DNA from: Setoptus koraiensis
Taxonomy: Eukaryota; Animalia; Arthropoda
Direction: 5' to 3'
Length of the DNA: 64,000 nucleotides
NCBI GenBank assembly: GCA_048013815.1
Contig: CM106586.1
Location: forward strand, 11,966,001-12,030,000
In this document: positions 11,792-25,510 of the stretch, piece by piece
How the letters are laid out: every line of letters starts with the position of its first letter
Position numbering within the stretch: the first letter of the stretch is position 1
Translations under genes and position numbers: made by a program
The notes under the pieces: generated by a model
What the model was told of the DNA's origin: nothing
Databases searched by the model: none
Seen by the model: the letters and a program-made list of their open reading frames with translations, nothing else

Positions 11792-13935
11792 GATGACACT
11801 AATTGTTGTGGCGACTATTATTGGGCTTGTATTTTAGACTAATCAGGCTTGGGTTTTAGACTAATTAGGCTTGCGTTACAGAGTAATTTGGCGAAGATAA
11901 ATGTTGTCTTGTTGTGACAATATGATCAACTAGTGCTAGTGGCCGTCAGCCGGCAGCACACGCTCGCCAGCACCGATGTGACTCGCTGGTGAAAACAACA
12001 CTTTTGATACTTGGCTAATTCTTGTTTTGTTTTGTTTTTTCGTGGTGATACTTTGGTGATTCAATTGATGACGATCGTTGTGGCGAGTTGTCGTGTGGCC
12101 ACTAATAACAACACCAGCCAATATCAACGGTGCTATCAGTGCTAACTATCAACGCAGTGATGGCAATATCGACAGTGATGATATAACGACGCCAAGCGCA
12201 CCATAAAAACAAACATCTCAAGCCGAGCAACTTGACGACTACACTACAAATACTCCGATTGCTGCAAGTCAATTGATCAACTGTGACGCAATTTTGTGGC
12301 AAGACCGTTTCTCCATTCTCTCGGCGTTCTTGCTGTTGTTTGAGGAGGCGAGCGAGCGGGCGCGCGCGCGCGCGCGCCGGCGCGTTGTGCGCATAAATTT
12401 AAGCGTGCGCACAATTGACACTTACATTCACTATTACACTTGCCGTGTGTTATGTAACAAGCTGGCAAGGTTAGCTCTGGTGGCGCTAGTTAACAACTGT
12501 CTCGTTGCTGCCCATTGCCCATAGAGCATCCAAAGTCTGACCACTCTTTACAATATTATATTTATGTTTATAATATCCGCTCGTAATGGCGCCGCCAGCA
12601 GACACACACCGACAATTTGTTGCCAACAAACACCAACCAACGCGCTCTCTTGCGGCAAACTCACCAAACACTCAATCTAAGCGAACATGAGCCTCTCGTT
12701 GGACACACACACACACACACACTCTCTCACTTCCTTTCGAGCTCACATTACAACACATTACAGTGCTCGCTGGCGGCGCACATTATGACAACTGTGCCGG
12801 TTGGTTGTATTGTTGTACGCAATTATTGTTAAATGCGCGCCACCAAGACACTTGTGATTTTGTGCACTTGTGCGCTTGTGAGCTTGGCGGTTGGCACGCA
12901 AACGGGCACGCAATGGGCACGCAAATGGGCGCACAACCGGGCGCGCAAATTGGCACACAAATGGGCACGCATTAATTTGGCGAGCTCGCTAGTATCGCTC
13001 GCTAGCGGCTAGAGTTGGCACAGCTAAACAGACAAACGAGCAACAGTCGTCGGCGGCTATCAACTGACAACTGCCAATGGGCCAATATTATGAAAATGAA
13101 TCACTTTTTATCACTGGCAGCCATCGTTGTGTGTGTGTGTATCACTCGTCTCACATGCACTGTTGCTCTCGCAATTTGCGTCCACTCGGGCAGCCGCTCT
13201 GGCAAGCTAATTGGGGCCGGCCGGCCGGCCGGCCGATCGGGCCGACACTGCGGACGAGGAGCGGCGACGGGCCGGCTATTATCAGTGACTAGATGATAGA
13301 TAGTCGGGGCATGTATCGCAGTACCGAGCGGCTGTAATCGTCGGCCGGGGCACTCGGGACTGCCGAGTCGGGATGGCTCGTAGGAGCACTGGATAGGACA
13401 ATGGCAATGTGCTAATGATTGACAAACAACACCATATCGCACACAAAACACTCACAAGCGCCAGCCACAGTCCGTCGTCTGTTTTTGCCATCAAAAACTT
13501 TGACACAATCGATTCTCAACTCAACACACACACACAATCATTTATCTCTAGCTATCTCCAGTAGCAGCAGTGGTAGCAGTTCAGTAGTTAGTTGGTGGGT
13601 CTAGGTGGTTGAATTTTATCAGATTTTATCAGCACACAGATTGTGTTTACAGTCGCAAACTCGTCGGTTGCTCGCCAGGGCGACGCTGCAAGCTGCCAAT
13701 GGTGCCACAATGTTGATACTGCTTGCCAATACATCGGCCTTATATACCGTTAATATCGTTATACGTAGCTACGGTGGCACCATTAGAAACGGGGCCGCAA
13801 AGGGAGCTAGCTCGTGCCAAAAACGGCGCAGTACATGCACAGTATGTTGATATGGCCTCGAGCTGGCTCGCCGGCGACTGCTTGTGCCCGTTAATTACAA
13901 TCAATTACAATTAAGTGCCATTGGCTACAATTGGC

Positions 13936-14196
13936 ATGCTCATGCTCATCATAATGATTGGCGCCGCGCACAGAATAAATCCATCTTTCTCCAGTTACCC
14001 GATGGCACTACCTGCGCCATCTAACGCCAGGCCCGGCGCACTCGACGCGCCCGGTGCGCCCGACGCACCCGATAAGCCCGACGCACCCGATGAGCCCGAT
14101 GCACCCGAAAAGTCCGACGCACCCGATGAGCCCGACGCACCCGATGAGCCCGGCGCAGCCGATAAGCCCGACGCAGGCAGGGCCCGGTCAGAGTGA
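13936..14196 (+). CDS. possible small Pro/Asp-rich repeat peptide (86 aa)
   Basis: ATG at 13936, hydrophobic start MLMLIIMIGAA, (DAP/DEP/DKP)n encoded by a 9-nt repeat, and AATAAA near 14282. It could be a non-coding minisatellite. Confidence 0.25.
   Translation: MLMLIIMIGAAHRINPSFSSYPMALPAPSNARPGALDAPGAPDAPDKPDAPDEPDAPEKSDAPDEPDAPDEPGAADKPDAGRARSE
14031..14178. repeat. 9/18-nt minisatellite GACGCACCC/GATGAGCCC
   Basis: Read directly. Confidence 0.88.
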
Positions 14197-14427
14197 CCTG
14201 TGTTTTATTGGCCAATAACCGTGGCAACCTGCAACTGCCAATAATGAGGGCCCACAATGGCGGATTAATATTGTGCCTGCAAATAAATAAATAGACACAC
14301 TTGCTCCACTGGCGCCACACAATCGCAAGTTGAAATTAATGATGGCCGACTTTTAGCGCATAAGTCACCGTGCACCACCAACCGCTGGCCGTCGAGCTGG
14401 CCAGCCCGTGATATATCAATATGCGCC

Positions 14428-14535
14428 GATATTTCAGTTGTGCGCGGATATTTCAGTTGTGCGCGGATATTTCAGTTGTGCGCGGATATTTCAGTTGTGC
14501 GCGGATATTTTAGTCAGAGGCGGATATTTCAGCCA
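14428..14535. repeat. 19-nt minisatellite GATATTTCAGTTGTGCGCG
   Basis: 4 identical copies plus degenerate flanking copies. Confidence 0.92.
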
Positions 14536-15245
14536 TAGGCGGATATTGCAGGCTCACCCGCTAAACGCACTGTTTTGCCTTGTTAGGAGTGGTGCGACAC
14601 TTGAAGTGGATGGTCGTATCTGCATCATGTCTGGTCTGGTCTAGGCGAGATAATGAGACGTGCTGTGTGCATCGCGGCATCATTACGGCTTCTCAACAGC
14701 AACTGTTGACACTCGACGTCAGCACTCGCCGTGGGCCCAAAGACAATATATATGTTTACATGTATATATGTATACCCTAGGTACAAAGAAGACAATGAAC
14801 AGCGTCGATATTGTGTCCAGAGGCAAGCTTGCCACGGCAATCGCGCACAATGCCGGCGATGGCACATTTCCGCACATAGCGTGCTTATTAGGTGCACACT
14901 TTGTGCAGCGCTGTGCAGAGCAAGTAGTATAGAGTGATAGTGTAAGTGATATAACGGTAGTGAATAGAATCTATTGAGCTATTTGCTTGAGCTAGCCAAG
15001 TTGCTATCTCAAACTTGGCACACGGTAAAAATTGTGCATTTGCGCATTATGTGCGCCAACGAGCAACGCTGATGCAAGACATGGGGGAGAGTCGGGGGCG
15101 ACATGCCGGAAAGGAGGCGCTAATGCGCGAGCGTGCGAATAAGAAACGAGCGAACAAGAAGCGAGCGACAAGAAGCGAGCGAACAAGAAGCGAGCGAACC
15201 CCGAACGAGCTTCGACGATTACGCAACAGTGTGATGGTGATGCAC

Positions 15246-15284
<39 letters not shown>

Positions 15285-16340
15285 GATTTCACGTGATGAT
15301 CAATTCATGGCCTCATATTGCACCGCCGAGCACACGAGCTATTACGTAATGTGCTCGTTGTGTTGTGTTGCTAGTAACAACATTGAACTAACGCTAACAA
15401 CTAACGTAGGGCTATAACATCAATCAGACTGACTCGCACACTCTAATTGGTGTTGTCGTGTAATGGCGCGTTCCTCTTGGCTCGGCATGTGCGCCTGTCT
15501 ATCAAGCCTAGTCTAGTCTAGTTTGGTCTGGTTTGTTAGTTTGGCCCAGTGCGGCTTGGCCCAGTCTACTTTGGTGCCACTGGTGCCACTGGTGCAAGCT
15601 ACACCGGTGCCACACTGGCTGCCAGCTAGCGCTGTGCCAGCTATTAGCGCAGCCCACTAACTAGCACTGGCGCGGTAGGCCAACACACTTAGGCCGACCA
15701 ACCTAATCCGGGCCGGCCTGGCCCAAGCCAACATCCGGCCCGCATCATGATGCGGGCCTTGGGCCGGCGGCCCAAAGGTCGAAGCTGCGAGCCCTGGCCC
15801 AGTGCGCTAGGTCCGGCCCATGTGCTAGGTCTGGCCCATGTGCTAGGTCTGGTCCAATGTGCGAGCTCTGGCCCAAGGTCTAGCGCGGGCCTGCTGTGGC
15901 TGTGCGTGCTGTGGTGGTGCAACGCTGGCTGGTGTAGGCCAGTTGGGCCGACTAGTCTGGGCCAGGGCACTAGGCCAGTGTGGCAAGCACAGCATTTATA
16001 ACTGTGCCAGTGGGCCAAAACGGTGAACGTGATGCGAGCCAAAGTGATCGAGGCCCAGGCGAGCCCCGAGTGCACAAACAGAAGGGGCGCCTATTTATAT
16101 ATATAAATATGTATAGACGGGCCTCATTTGCATTTGGCACGAGCAACGGCTGGCCGACGTTAGTTGTGTGACACCGCGTCACTTTGTCGACGAGAAGTGG
16201 GGCAATAAATAGAAAAAAAAAGAACAGAAAAAACAGCAACCGACAGACACTGCGCCACTGCGTCGTCTTGGCGAGACACTTGTGCGCCAACAAGCCTGCC
16301 GTTGGGGCCCGTCGCACGAGCTGCGCGCACAGATTTGGGG

Positions 16341-16430
16341 CCGTCGGTTGCATCACCGTCGGTTGCATCACCGTCGGTTGCATCACCGTTGGTTACATCA
16401 GCGTTGGTTGCGTCACCGTTGGCTGCAGCA
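16341..16430. repeat. 15-nt minisatellite CCGTCGGTTGCATCA
   Basis: About 6 copies, degenerating toward the 3' end. Confidence 0.88.
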
Positions 16431-18814
16431 GCAGCGTCGGTGGCACAGTTGTAAGTGCAGCTTTGTTGACAAATGGCCGGTTGGTATTAGCGAAATGACG
16501 CGCGAACAGCAACAGAGCCGCGCCGTGAATATTCACGTATTCACGCGCATCGTTCACGGATAGTGCTCATCCGAGTCACAATCGGCGAGCTGGCTGAGGC
16601 CCCGAAAATCAGTGTCGTTGTTGTCGCTGTTGTTGCTGTTGTTGTTGTGATTGAGCGATGCATGTCGATTGAAAACTGGCGCTTGTCGCACACGCCCGAA
16701 CAGGTGAAATGTCACGAAATTGTTTGCCGTTGGCCAACAACAAACAAACAAAATGGGCGCCTCACGAGCGCCGGTGAAACACTTTTGTGGTGAATGTCGG
16801 ATGAGGGCGAGCAGACCAACGAGCAGACCAAAGAACAGAGGAAAATTGCGTCTGCAATGCAGCAATTAGCGGCCGAGGCGAGCGTTTATCTCTCCGTTTA
16901 TCTCTCCGTTTATCTCTCGGCGCCGCAGTCGCGATTCGCAGCTCGCAGCTCGCGACTCGACAGGGATAAATGTTGCTCGCCGCGGAACATTGTAGAAATT
17001 CTTGTGTTCGCTAGCTGATCGCTAGCTGGCGGCGAGAAGTCGCGAACACATCCGTGTGAGGCTCACACTGTGAGAGCGTAATTGAGATTATTTGTGTTTG
17101 TTGGCATGCGACGCCGCCACCGTATCTGTGGTGCCCTCTGACGCCCTTCGTCAATGAGGCCCATTTTCCATTTTTAGCTCATGCTATTTTTGTTCGCTTG
17201 CTCGCTAGCGGCAAACAGTTGCAAAAGAAGTCGCAGCGGCCAAAAAGAGAACGACAACAAAAACAGAAAACCCCTCTCTGCTCATGCCAATTAACCGAAA
17301 TCGAGCCAGCGCCACCTATTCGCGGCCCGCAGGCCCGTGGCTCACTGACTGGCTAAATTGAATTACATTGTGCGCTGTAGATGATTTATTTGAGAGGGCA
17401 ACATTCAAAGGGGCCCGCAATGCGCCAGCGCGGCGCGCTGCCGCATCCATTCGATGGAGGCGCGCCGCAATGGATATTGCAGCGGCGCGGATGAACAAAC
17501 GAACGAGACGAAATGAAATGAAAGGGCAAAATAATTGATTTTCTCTCGTTTTGTTGCGGGCCGCCGCTGGAGGGCCGATGGAAATTTTTCATTTTTCTTG
17601 CTTCTTCTTCTTCTTGTTCCCGTTCGTTTGTTCGTCCAGCTTGCACTTTCAATTTACTCGCGACTCGTGACTCATGTTTCATGATTCATGATTCATGACA
17701 CAAGCGTGCCGTCGGTACGGTCACGTTGGGGCCCTCGCAGCCTGACAGTCTCAGGGGTCTCGCCTGGGACCGGCTCGAGCCGCGAGCGACTGGCCCGAAC
17801 TGCGAGCAGCCGGCTCCGAACTGCCAACAACTGGCTCCAAAATGCTGCCAAAAACGCTGCCAAAAATGCTGCCAAAAATACTGGCCCGTTCGCCGGCTAA
17901 TGGTATAGCAATAGTGGGGTACCTTTGTGATGCAGCTCGCTACTCGCTACCAAATAGCTTGTGTTCGAGGCGCTACCAGATCGCTTGTGTTCGGGGCGCC
18001 ACCAGAGCTGGCGGCGAATGAACTAAAACGGGACGATGGGCCGACAACAAGCCGACAGACGACGGAGCCAGCGACACGAGCTGACACGAGCGCCACGAGC
18101 TAAGCCGTCCATTAGATATTACATAACAACACCATTACACAGGCCGGGAACAAACACGCAGCCAGCCAGCGAAACAGCGGGCCGGCGAAACAGCGGGCCG
18201 GCGAGACGGCGAGACAGCGAAACGGCGAGACGGCGAGACGGCGAGACAGCGAAACGGCGAGCTGGCGAGACGGCGAGATGGCCAGACAATGGCTGCCACT
18301 CCGATGACACCCACTATTAGCGGCGAGGCCCGCACAACCGGACAATCGAAGGATGTTGTCGTTGCTGTTGTCAGCGCGCCGGCGGGCGCCACCAAAAAGC
18401 GCCTCTGCACCTCACCTGATAAATACCTGGCCTAAGACAATGGTCAGTGGCACCAGCGACGTGACCAGGCCCGCAGCAGCGCCCCCTGGCCACCGGCTCG
18501 ATGTGGTTGGTTGGTGCCGGCGCGCTGACTCGCTGACGGGAGTTTGTTTAGCGGGCCCCACGGCGAGCCAAATAAACAGCCAAATGAGCTAGCGAGGGGG
18601 GCGCGCACGGGCAAAACAAAGCGCAGTGTTTATCATTAGGGCCCTCATGTGTAAACAGGGGGCGAGTGCAGCCAGCCGGAGTGAGCCCGCAAATTTGCCC
18701 GCTCCGGCGTGCGCCACTAAATACGATCCGTCCGCGGCGAGCACGTTCCCGAGCGCCACCGCGAGACGCTTCGTTCAATGCGCGCCAGGGGCCTCCGATT
18801 TCGGGCCCACTTTT

Positions 18815-18956
18815 GGCGACTTGCGGCCAATTTGGGCGACTTGCGGCCCATTCGGGCGACTTGCGGCAAATTCGGGCTACTTGCGGCAAATTCGAGCGAC
18901 TTGCGGCTCATTCGGGCGACTTGCGGCAAATTCGGGCAACTTGCGGCGAATTCGGG
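18815..18956. repeat. 20-nt minisatellite GGCGACTTGCGGCAAATTCG
   Basis: 7 copies with 1-3 substitutions each. Confidence 0.92.
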
Positions 18957-20151
18957 CGCCCCCATCCGCTGGCGCACAAAATAGACAGTCGATATGAGAT
19001 TGCGAGGGTAATAAAAGATATGCTCGATGACACAATTACCGCCGGGCTCCCTTGCCACCTGGTGAGAGCCAGGCAGAGTAATGGCACCAACTAAAACTTA
19101 TATCATCACTTACACCATCCATAAACTATAAGCCAGTGGTGATAAATACTCGCCGGCTGGCTGGCTCGGACGGGCTGTTTAGCGCGCCCGAGCGGCCCGC
19201 CGGCCGCCCGGGCAGCCTGCCGAAGCGGCCTATCTAATCGGCCGGCCCGGCCCGGCCCCCCCAGATTGCAACTAAATAAATCTGCGCGCTAACAGTTAAT
19301 GGATTCATCGGTTCGGGGCGCCACAAGGCGCACAAACGAAAATAAAAGTCAAATAAAAGAGCAATGTCTCCAAATGAAAACGCACTCCACTTTCACCTAG
19401 CGGGCACAGTGATCATAGTTCAATTCGAGCCATAGATGCTATCTCGCTCGCTATCTCGCCCGCTGGCCCGGCCGCTGGCTCGCCCGCTGGCTTGCCAGTG
19501 CGCGGAGAGCGGGCAATGAGATGAAACGGGCAGATAAGATGCAACGGCAGCCGCACGGTTGCGCTCGCTCCACTCGACTTGCTCGGGGGCCACGGGTCGG
19601 GCGGTGCGCGCTCGGCCGACGCCCTTAAATTTGTGCTTTTTGTCGGCCGGTCGGCGCGGATCCGGTATTGCGCAACTGCCGGCACCGCGATGTCGGGCGG
19701 CCCGCTTGGCCGCACTTGGGCCACTATGCACATCGCTGCGACGCAACAACTAGCGCACGGCAGCGGCGAAAATGGCCAACAACAACAATTATTGTTGTTT
19801 GCTGTTTGTTGCCGGATACATTGATCCGATTTGTAATTTAACGAGATGCTCGCACTTGCAAGTTGCAACAGAGTGCAAGCGGCAACCGGCCGACGGCAAA
19901 CAAAAACTTGACTGAAAAGTGCCAACTTTCAATCATCTAAAACACTGTCGGCCGTGTGTTTGCTTAGCACCAATATTGGGCTCGAACGGCGGCCGGCCGG
20001 CCACCTATTCTCTGGCCGGCCGCTTGGCGGGCCCCAGTTCGATTGGCGGCCGTCAAGTGCGAATCAAAATTGTGCAGTTCGAATTGAATTTCACGCCAGA
20101 ACTCAACCAATCACAATAGCTCGAGATTGTGTATTTGTGTGTGTAGCGACT

Positions 20152-20250
20152 TTTGGGCCCGCTGCAAACACTTTCTTTGGGCCCCTGCGAGCACTTGCTT
20201 TGGGCCCCTGCAAACACTTGCTTTGGGCCCCTGCGAACACTTGCTTTGGG
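20152..20250. repeat. 23-nt minisatellite TTTGGGCCCCTGCGAACACTTGC
   Basis: 4 copies, each with a GGGCCC palindrome. Confidence 0.9.
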
Positions 20251-23200
20251 CGAAACTGCCTTTCGCAAGCTGACCAAAAGCTCGCCAAATGTGGCCAAAC
20301 TGGCCAGTGGCGAGTTTTCTTTTATTTGGCGCGGACACACATAAAAGAAAACTCTCGTCCGTTCGTCAGTCCGCTAAGGAGCTCACGACAGTCAACAGAC
20401 AACGGCCCATTCATTGGGCCAGAGCAACCGCCGACGCTCGCCGGCCCATTAGCTAGACAAAGAACCCGTGTGAGGGGCCCCGTGTGAGAATTGCGTAACC
20501 GACCGCGTGTCCGCTCGGGTCCGTCCGGGTGCGTCCGGGTGCGTTCGGGTGCGTTCGGGTGCGTTCGGGTGCACGCCAGTGCGGCTTCCCGACGAGCTAA
20601 TCCGCGCTGTAAATCCCCGGCAAAACCGCAAGACCAACTTGTGAGTTGATTCGCCTTTTCTGGCTGCCCGTCGGCCCCACGCCAACCGCCATTCATAACA
20701 CTAATACTTTCATCACGTAACACTGACACAATGTGCAATCATAATAATGTGCTGATCATAATAATGTGCCCATCGTAATAATATGCACATTGTTATTATT
20801 AATTAGCTCGGCCGGAAATTGATGCGCGCGCGATCAGCAGTCACGGCCAAAAAGTGCATTGGCACAGCACGAGCACAGTAAGTGCAACTTGTGACATCAC
20901 GACCGGGCTGTGATATCACAAGTTGCGATGATCGATCACGACTTGTTCACACTGTCTGGCAGTCATTATCATTACTATTATTACCATTACTATTATTACT
21001 GCTATTACTATTATTATTATTATTATTATCGCTGTCATTATGATAATGACATAATACGACTCTCGCCATTTAATCCCGAAAAAATTGCCATCCGATATCC
21101 ATTGGTTTGCACTGATTTCTATTGGCTTCCATCGGCACACTTACTCATCTTCATCACTGGCACAGGCTCTGTTCGGGGGCCCCGACATTCGGCTTGAATC
21201 GGCATCGAGTCGAATGTCGCAAAACGTGGCCGCGATCATCATTAACATTGGCCCTGTTATTGCTGTACGGGGCCCCCTTTGCCGCGGCGCCGGCTCACAA
21301 TTTCAGAGTAGCGACAGAGCCAAAGATGCCAGTTGATCGTGGTATCAATCAGAATTGTCGCGCATTCCATTCTTGGCCCCAGCATCGGGTCGCGCTCACA
21401 TTGTCGTCGTGCGCCACTGCCGCTCGAAAGGTCCCGGCGCACCGTTATCCCGGCGGCCCGCTCGCGGCTCGGTTGCGCACGGAACCAGCGGCCGGGCGGA
21501 GCGGCCATTCTGTGCACACTCTCACACACCGCCGGTCGCATGCAATAAAATGAAAGTTACGTAACAGTGTGCAGGTGTTGCTGTTCGTGGGCCCGGCCAC
21601 ACGGCGGGACCTCTCAAGCGGCGCCGGGCCGGACAGCGGGACCTGAGCGGGGTCGGGCCGGCCGACAAGATTAGGGGCGATAATTCATATAGTGCTCATT
21701 TGTGTCTGCTGGGAGGCGAGCGATGTGCGAGAGAATCGCCAGTTGCTACAGGCACACAAAATACAGCAACAAACAAACAAACAAAATAAATCAAATCAGA
21801 CCAGATCTGGCCAAATTGGCAAAACAAAGCTCGCCAGCCAATGGCTGGCGCTGTTGGCGCCGCAATAAGCTGGCCAGCGAGCGCCAGCGAGTGTCGGGCG
21901 GCGCGTATATTGTGCTGGCAGCAAATATCGATCGGCTGGCCGATTCAATTTTGATTCTTTGCGTCCATTTCCGGTCTGTGCGCTAGCCAGAGCGGGCGCG
22001 CGCTGAGCACGCGTTGCGGCAATATAAGCGTAATCTTGTATGCTCCAGCGTGTCGCATATTGCACGGGTTGGGCGGGCGCGTTGCGCGTGCCAGTTGGTC
22101 GGCACACCCGCAAGATACATACACGCCGACGGCCGGCCAGTGGGGCCCGCTCTGGGCTGGGCCCTGTAATTGGCTGTGTTTGTTGGCGCGCTCGCACAAT
22201 TCAATCTATTTGCGTCGGCGTCGGCGGCCGCGGCCGCGTCAAGCGCCCAGCGACGCCCAGCAAAAGTTGCCAGAGTCGCCAGAGTTGGGGCCAAAGGGCA
22301 GGCCATTACGTAAGCGCAGATGTTGTTGTTTGGGGCAGCAATTTGTTGTTGTTTGGCGGCGCACACTGAGCGATCTGTTCCGATCTGTTCCGATTGGCCG
22401 TGATCCGGTGTGATCCGCTCTGAGCCGGCCTGATCCGATCTGGCGCCGTCTCGCCGGCCGCGGCGCCGCACTGACAGCTTGATTAACTTAATGAGATCTA
22501 GCCCGCCGCTCTCGACCGGCCGACCGGCGGGCCCGCCGGACCCGTAGGACCCGCCGCATCGAACGGACAAGCCGGATCGGGCGCCGGCCGGCCGGGCGCG
22601 CTGTCCGACAGCGGCTGTCGCCGATCGACGACAGCTCGCCAGTGTCGATGGCGTGTCGACGCCGAACACGGACAAGATTGTATCTCAATTTACAGCGCAC
22701 AATCTCTGCTTGCATGTTACGCAAGCCCAAAAATGTTTCTCGGGCAAAAATAGAGCCGCTGATGGGGCGCAAAACAGCAGACAGTAGCTGTGGCTTAAAT
22801 GCTGCCGCAGACTGGATATTGAATGCGTAATTACAATGCGCCATCGCGATACAGTTGTTTGTAAGCTCGACTCGTCCTATTACGCAACACATGACCATGG
22901 TTATGTATGGTGTTACGTAATGGTGTGTCTCGCATAACACTACTAATACGTACAAGTTTTGTGTTTTTCACCAAGCCAATTACTCTCTTTGCTTGCACAC
23001 TCTTTGTTATTAAACGCACATAGTCTGTAATCTGTGACTGTCTGGCACACTGTGCATCGGGCCCATTGTGGGGGGATTTTACACTGTGAGTGTCGCCCAA
23101 AATCAGAGGCGCCAACCAACTGATAACACTTTTGCTTTTGTACTTGTACTAGTAGTAGACTTGTACTTGTAGTAGACTAAAAGTTGTAGTAAAAGCGACT

Positions 23201-24909
23201 GGCGGCCACTACAGTTACTACAGTATGGCAGAGATTATTGGAGCAGATTTTGCAGACTCTCAATTATCGGCGCAACAACTAATTGAAATCAGCTGTTGTG
23301 TGTGCATTGTAATTGAGATTTGTTTTGCGACACAAACAATTACAACATCGCTCATTGGTCGTACAGTCACTGTGTTACACAGTGTGTGTCGTGACTTTGC
23401 CAAATCTCGCCAAACCGTCTAACTGGCGTCTAGACAGCGGCCGGCGCTGTCTTGGCGGCCGCATTGTGTGCTCACTGTGCGCACTGTTGAACAGTGTGCT
23501 CAACACTGTTCAACACTGTGCGACTGCAGTGTGTGGACGCAAAAGTATTGTTGTATTATTATGTAATATTGTCATGTTGTGACATTGTGCACAGATTGAC
23601 GTCGCTGTCAATTTGTGACAATGTCAATCTGTGACTCGCACAGACACACTGTTAGTGTCTCATCAATGGTCGCACCAGCTCGCACCCTGCCAATTGCCAA
23701 TTAACGCCATCAGCTGTTGAGTGCACACGGTCAGTTGCAAGTTGCAACTGACTGTGTTGTGTCAAACACCAAATGTCACAAATGTCACCCAAATCACCGT
23801 TCCATTGGACACCGAAATCACTTTCATGTTGCATTTATTTCAACGAGAGAGGCCGCTGACAATTGTAAGTGGCAAATTTAGCTAACTACAGTTGTTCAGT
23901 TAGCTGGCCGCATAAATAATGCGCTGTTGCCCGCGACTTGATGTCGCGTAGCTCGTACAGCTCGTGCTCGGATATCGGGGCCCCATCTAGCGGCATCCGC
24001 TAGGCGGCTGGATGTGGCCATCGGCGGCCTGAGATAAATTGGTTGCACGAGCGGGCCAGTGTCGAGCAGTGAGGCCCAACAGTGGCTAGGCTAATGAGTG
24101 GCTAATTTATTCAATGAGCCGACATGCTGGCGCGGATGCAGCGGCACGCCGACCCCAAATCCCAGAAATGCCCGAAATGCCCGGAATGCCCACTCGCTCG
24201 ACAGCACTGCCAACAGTGTGTATTGGCTGCCATTCAGTGAATTCACAGGGCACTCACAGGCCGCCCAAAAGACTTTACCCAAAAGACTGCGCCCACAAGA
24301 CTGTGCCCAAAAAACGGACTCACAAGACGGTGCCCAAAAAACGCGCCCACAAGACGGTGCCCAAAAGGGGGGGCTTAGAGGACCGAAAAAGAGCGCCCAA
24401 AAAGCGGCCTGGCTGACGAACTGGAACCGATGAAATTTAGCCTACCAACTATGCACACTTGACTGTGTGTATATATAAAGTATGTATATAAAGTACCCAT
24501 ATAAAGCACAAACATGCCTTGTATAAACATGCGGATATGCGCGGCGTTGGGGCCCCGGCAAACGATAGAATAAACTGGCCAATTCATGCGTTTTTAGCGT
24601 ACGTGTGATGGCTTGTAATTCACGAGCGCATGATGCGCAATGTCGAGCTTTATTTGTGTCGCAACAGCACACGAACACAAACCTGTATTTCTTTTCTTGG
24701 GCCCCATTATTTTAAAAGGTCCGTCAGGCACCTTGGGCCCAGGGGCCCCTCGCCCAGTCTGGCGCTCACTTGGCTGGCTGGCCGGCCAAGTGTCTCGCTG
24801 GCTAACCACGTGCCTGGCTGGCTGGCTCGCCGGCTGGATTCATTCGGATGATTGATTGTGGTCCCCAGTTGTGCGTGCGTGTGTGTGTTTGCGAGCCACT
24901 CAGACACAA

Positions 24910-24912
<3 letters not shown>

Positions 24913-24985
<73 letters not shown>
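24913..24985. repeat. (AC)n microsatellite
   Basis: Uninterrupted ~73-nt AC run, the longest dinucleotide tract in the window. Confidence 0.95.
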
Positions 24986-24989
<4 letters not shown>

Positions 24990-25430
24990 AATATACATTA
25001 TATATGTACATATAAACACGCGCATGCTGCCCGCCCAGTGCCAGTGGAGTGGTTGTTGCATCATCATTAATGAGATTATTTCAGTTGTTGTTGTCGCTTC
25101 GGCTGTCGTTGCATCGGTTGTCGTTGCGTCGGTGGTTGTTGGATTGTGGGCATTGTTGTTGTCGGTTGTTGTCGGTTGTGGCCGGTTGTTTGCGCGCCAA
25201 TCACAACAGTTCCAAGTTCACAGCTTCGTGTCCGACAGCGCCGAGACACACTCAAACAATGCGCGCTCGAAACAAAGCGACTTTGCCCAATTTTCTGCCA
25301 CTTGTCTCTCACTGTCGCTCAATTCAATATCTGGCCCCCTCTCCCTCGCTCGCCTATGTGCCGGTGGGCTGTGCCACTTTCTGCGCCACTTTCCGAGCTA
25401 CAGAAACTGTAGTTTCCGAGCCAGTTTCTA

Positions 25431-25510
25431 CCAGCTCGTGCAAGCTCGTGCAAGCTCGTGCAAGCTCGTGCAAGCTCGTGCAAGCTTGTGCCAGCTTGTG
25501 CAAGCTTGTG
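25431..25510. repeat. 10-nt tandem repeat CAAGCTCGTG
   Basis: About 8 copies. Confidence 0.9.

Noticed and set aside
12486-12671. LysM-like string YNIVKSGQTL on the minus strand
   Set aside because: The rest of the domain is absent and it overlaps AT-rich non-coding-looking sequence.
13272-13305. TGACTAGAT (miR-279-like seed) in a small hairpin
   Set aside because: The seed lies in the loop of a ~12-bp stem, which is not pre-miRNA geometry.
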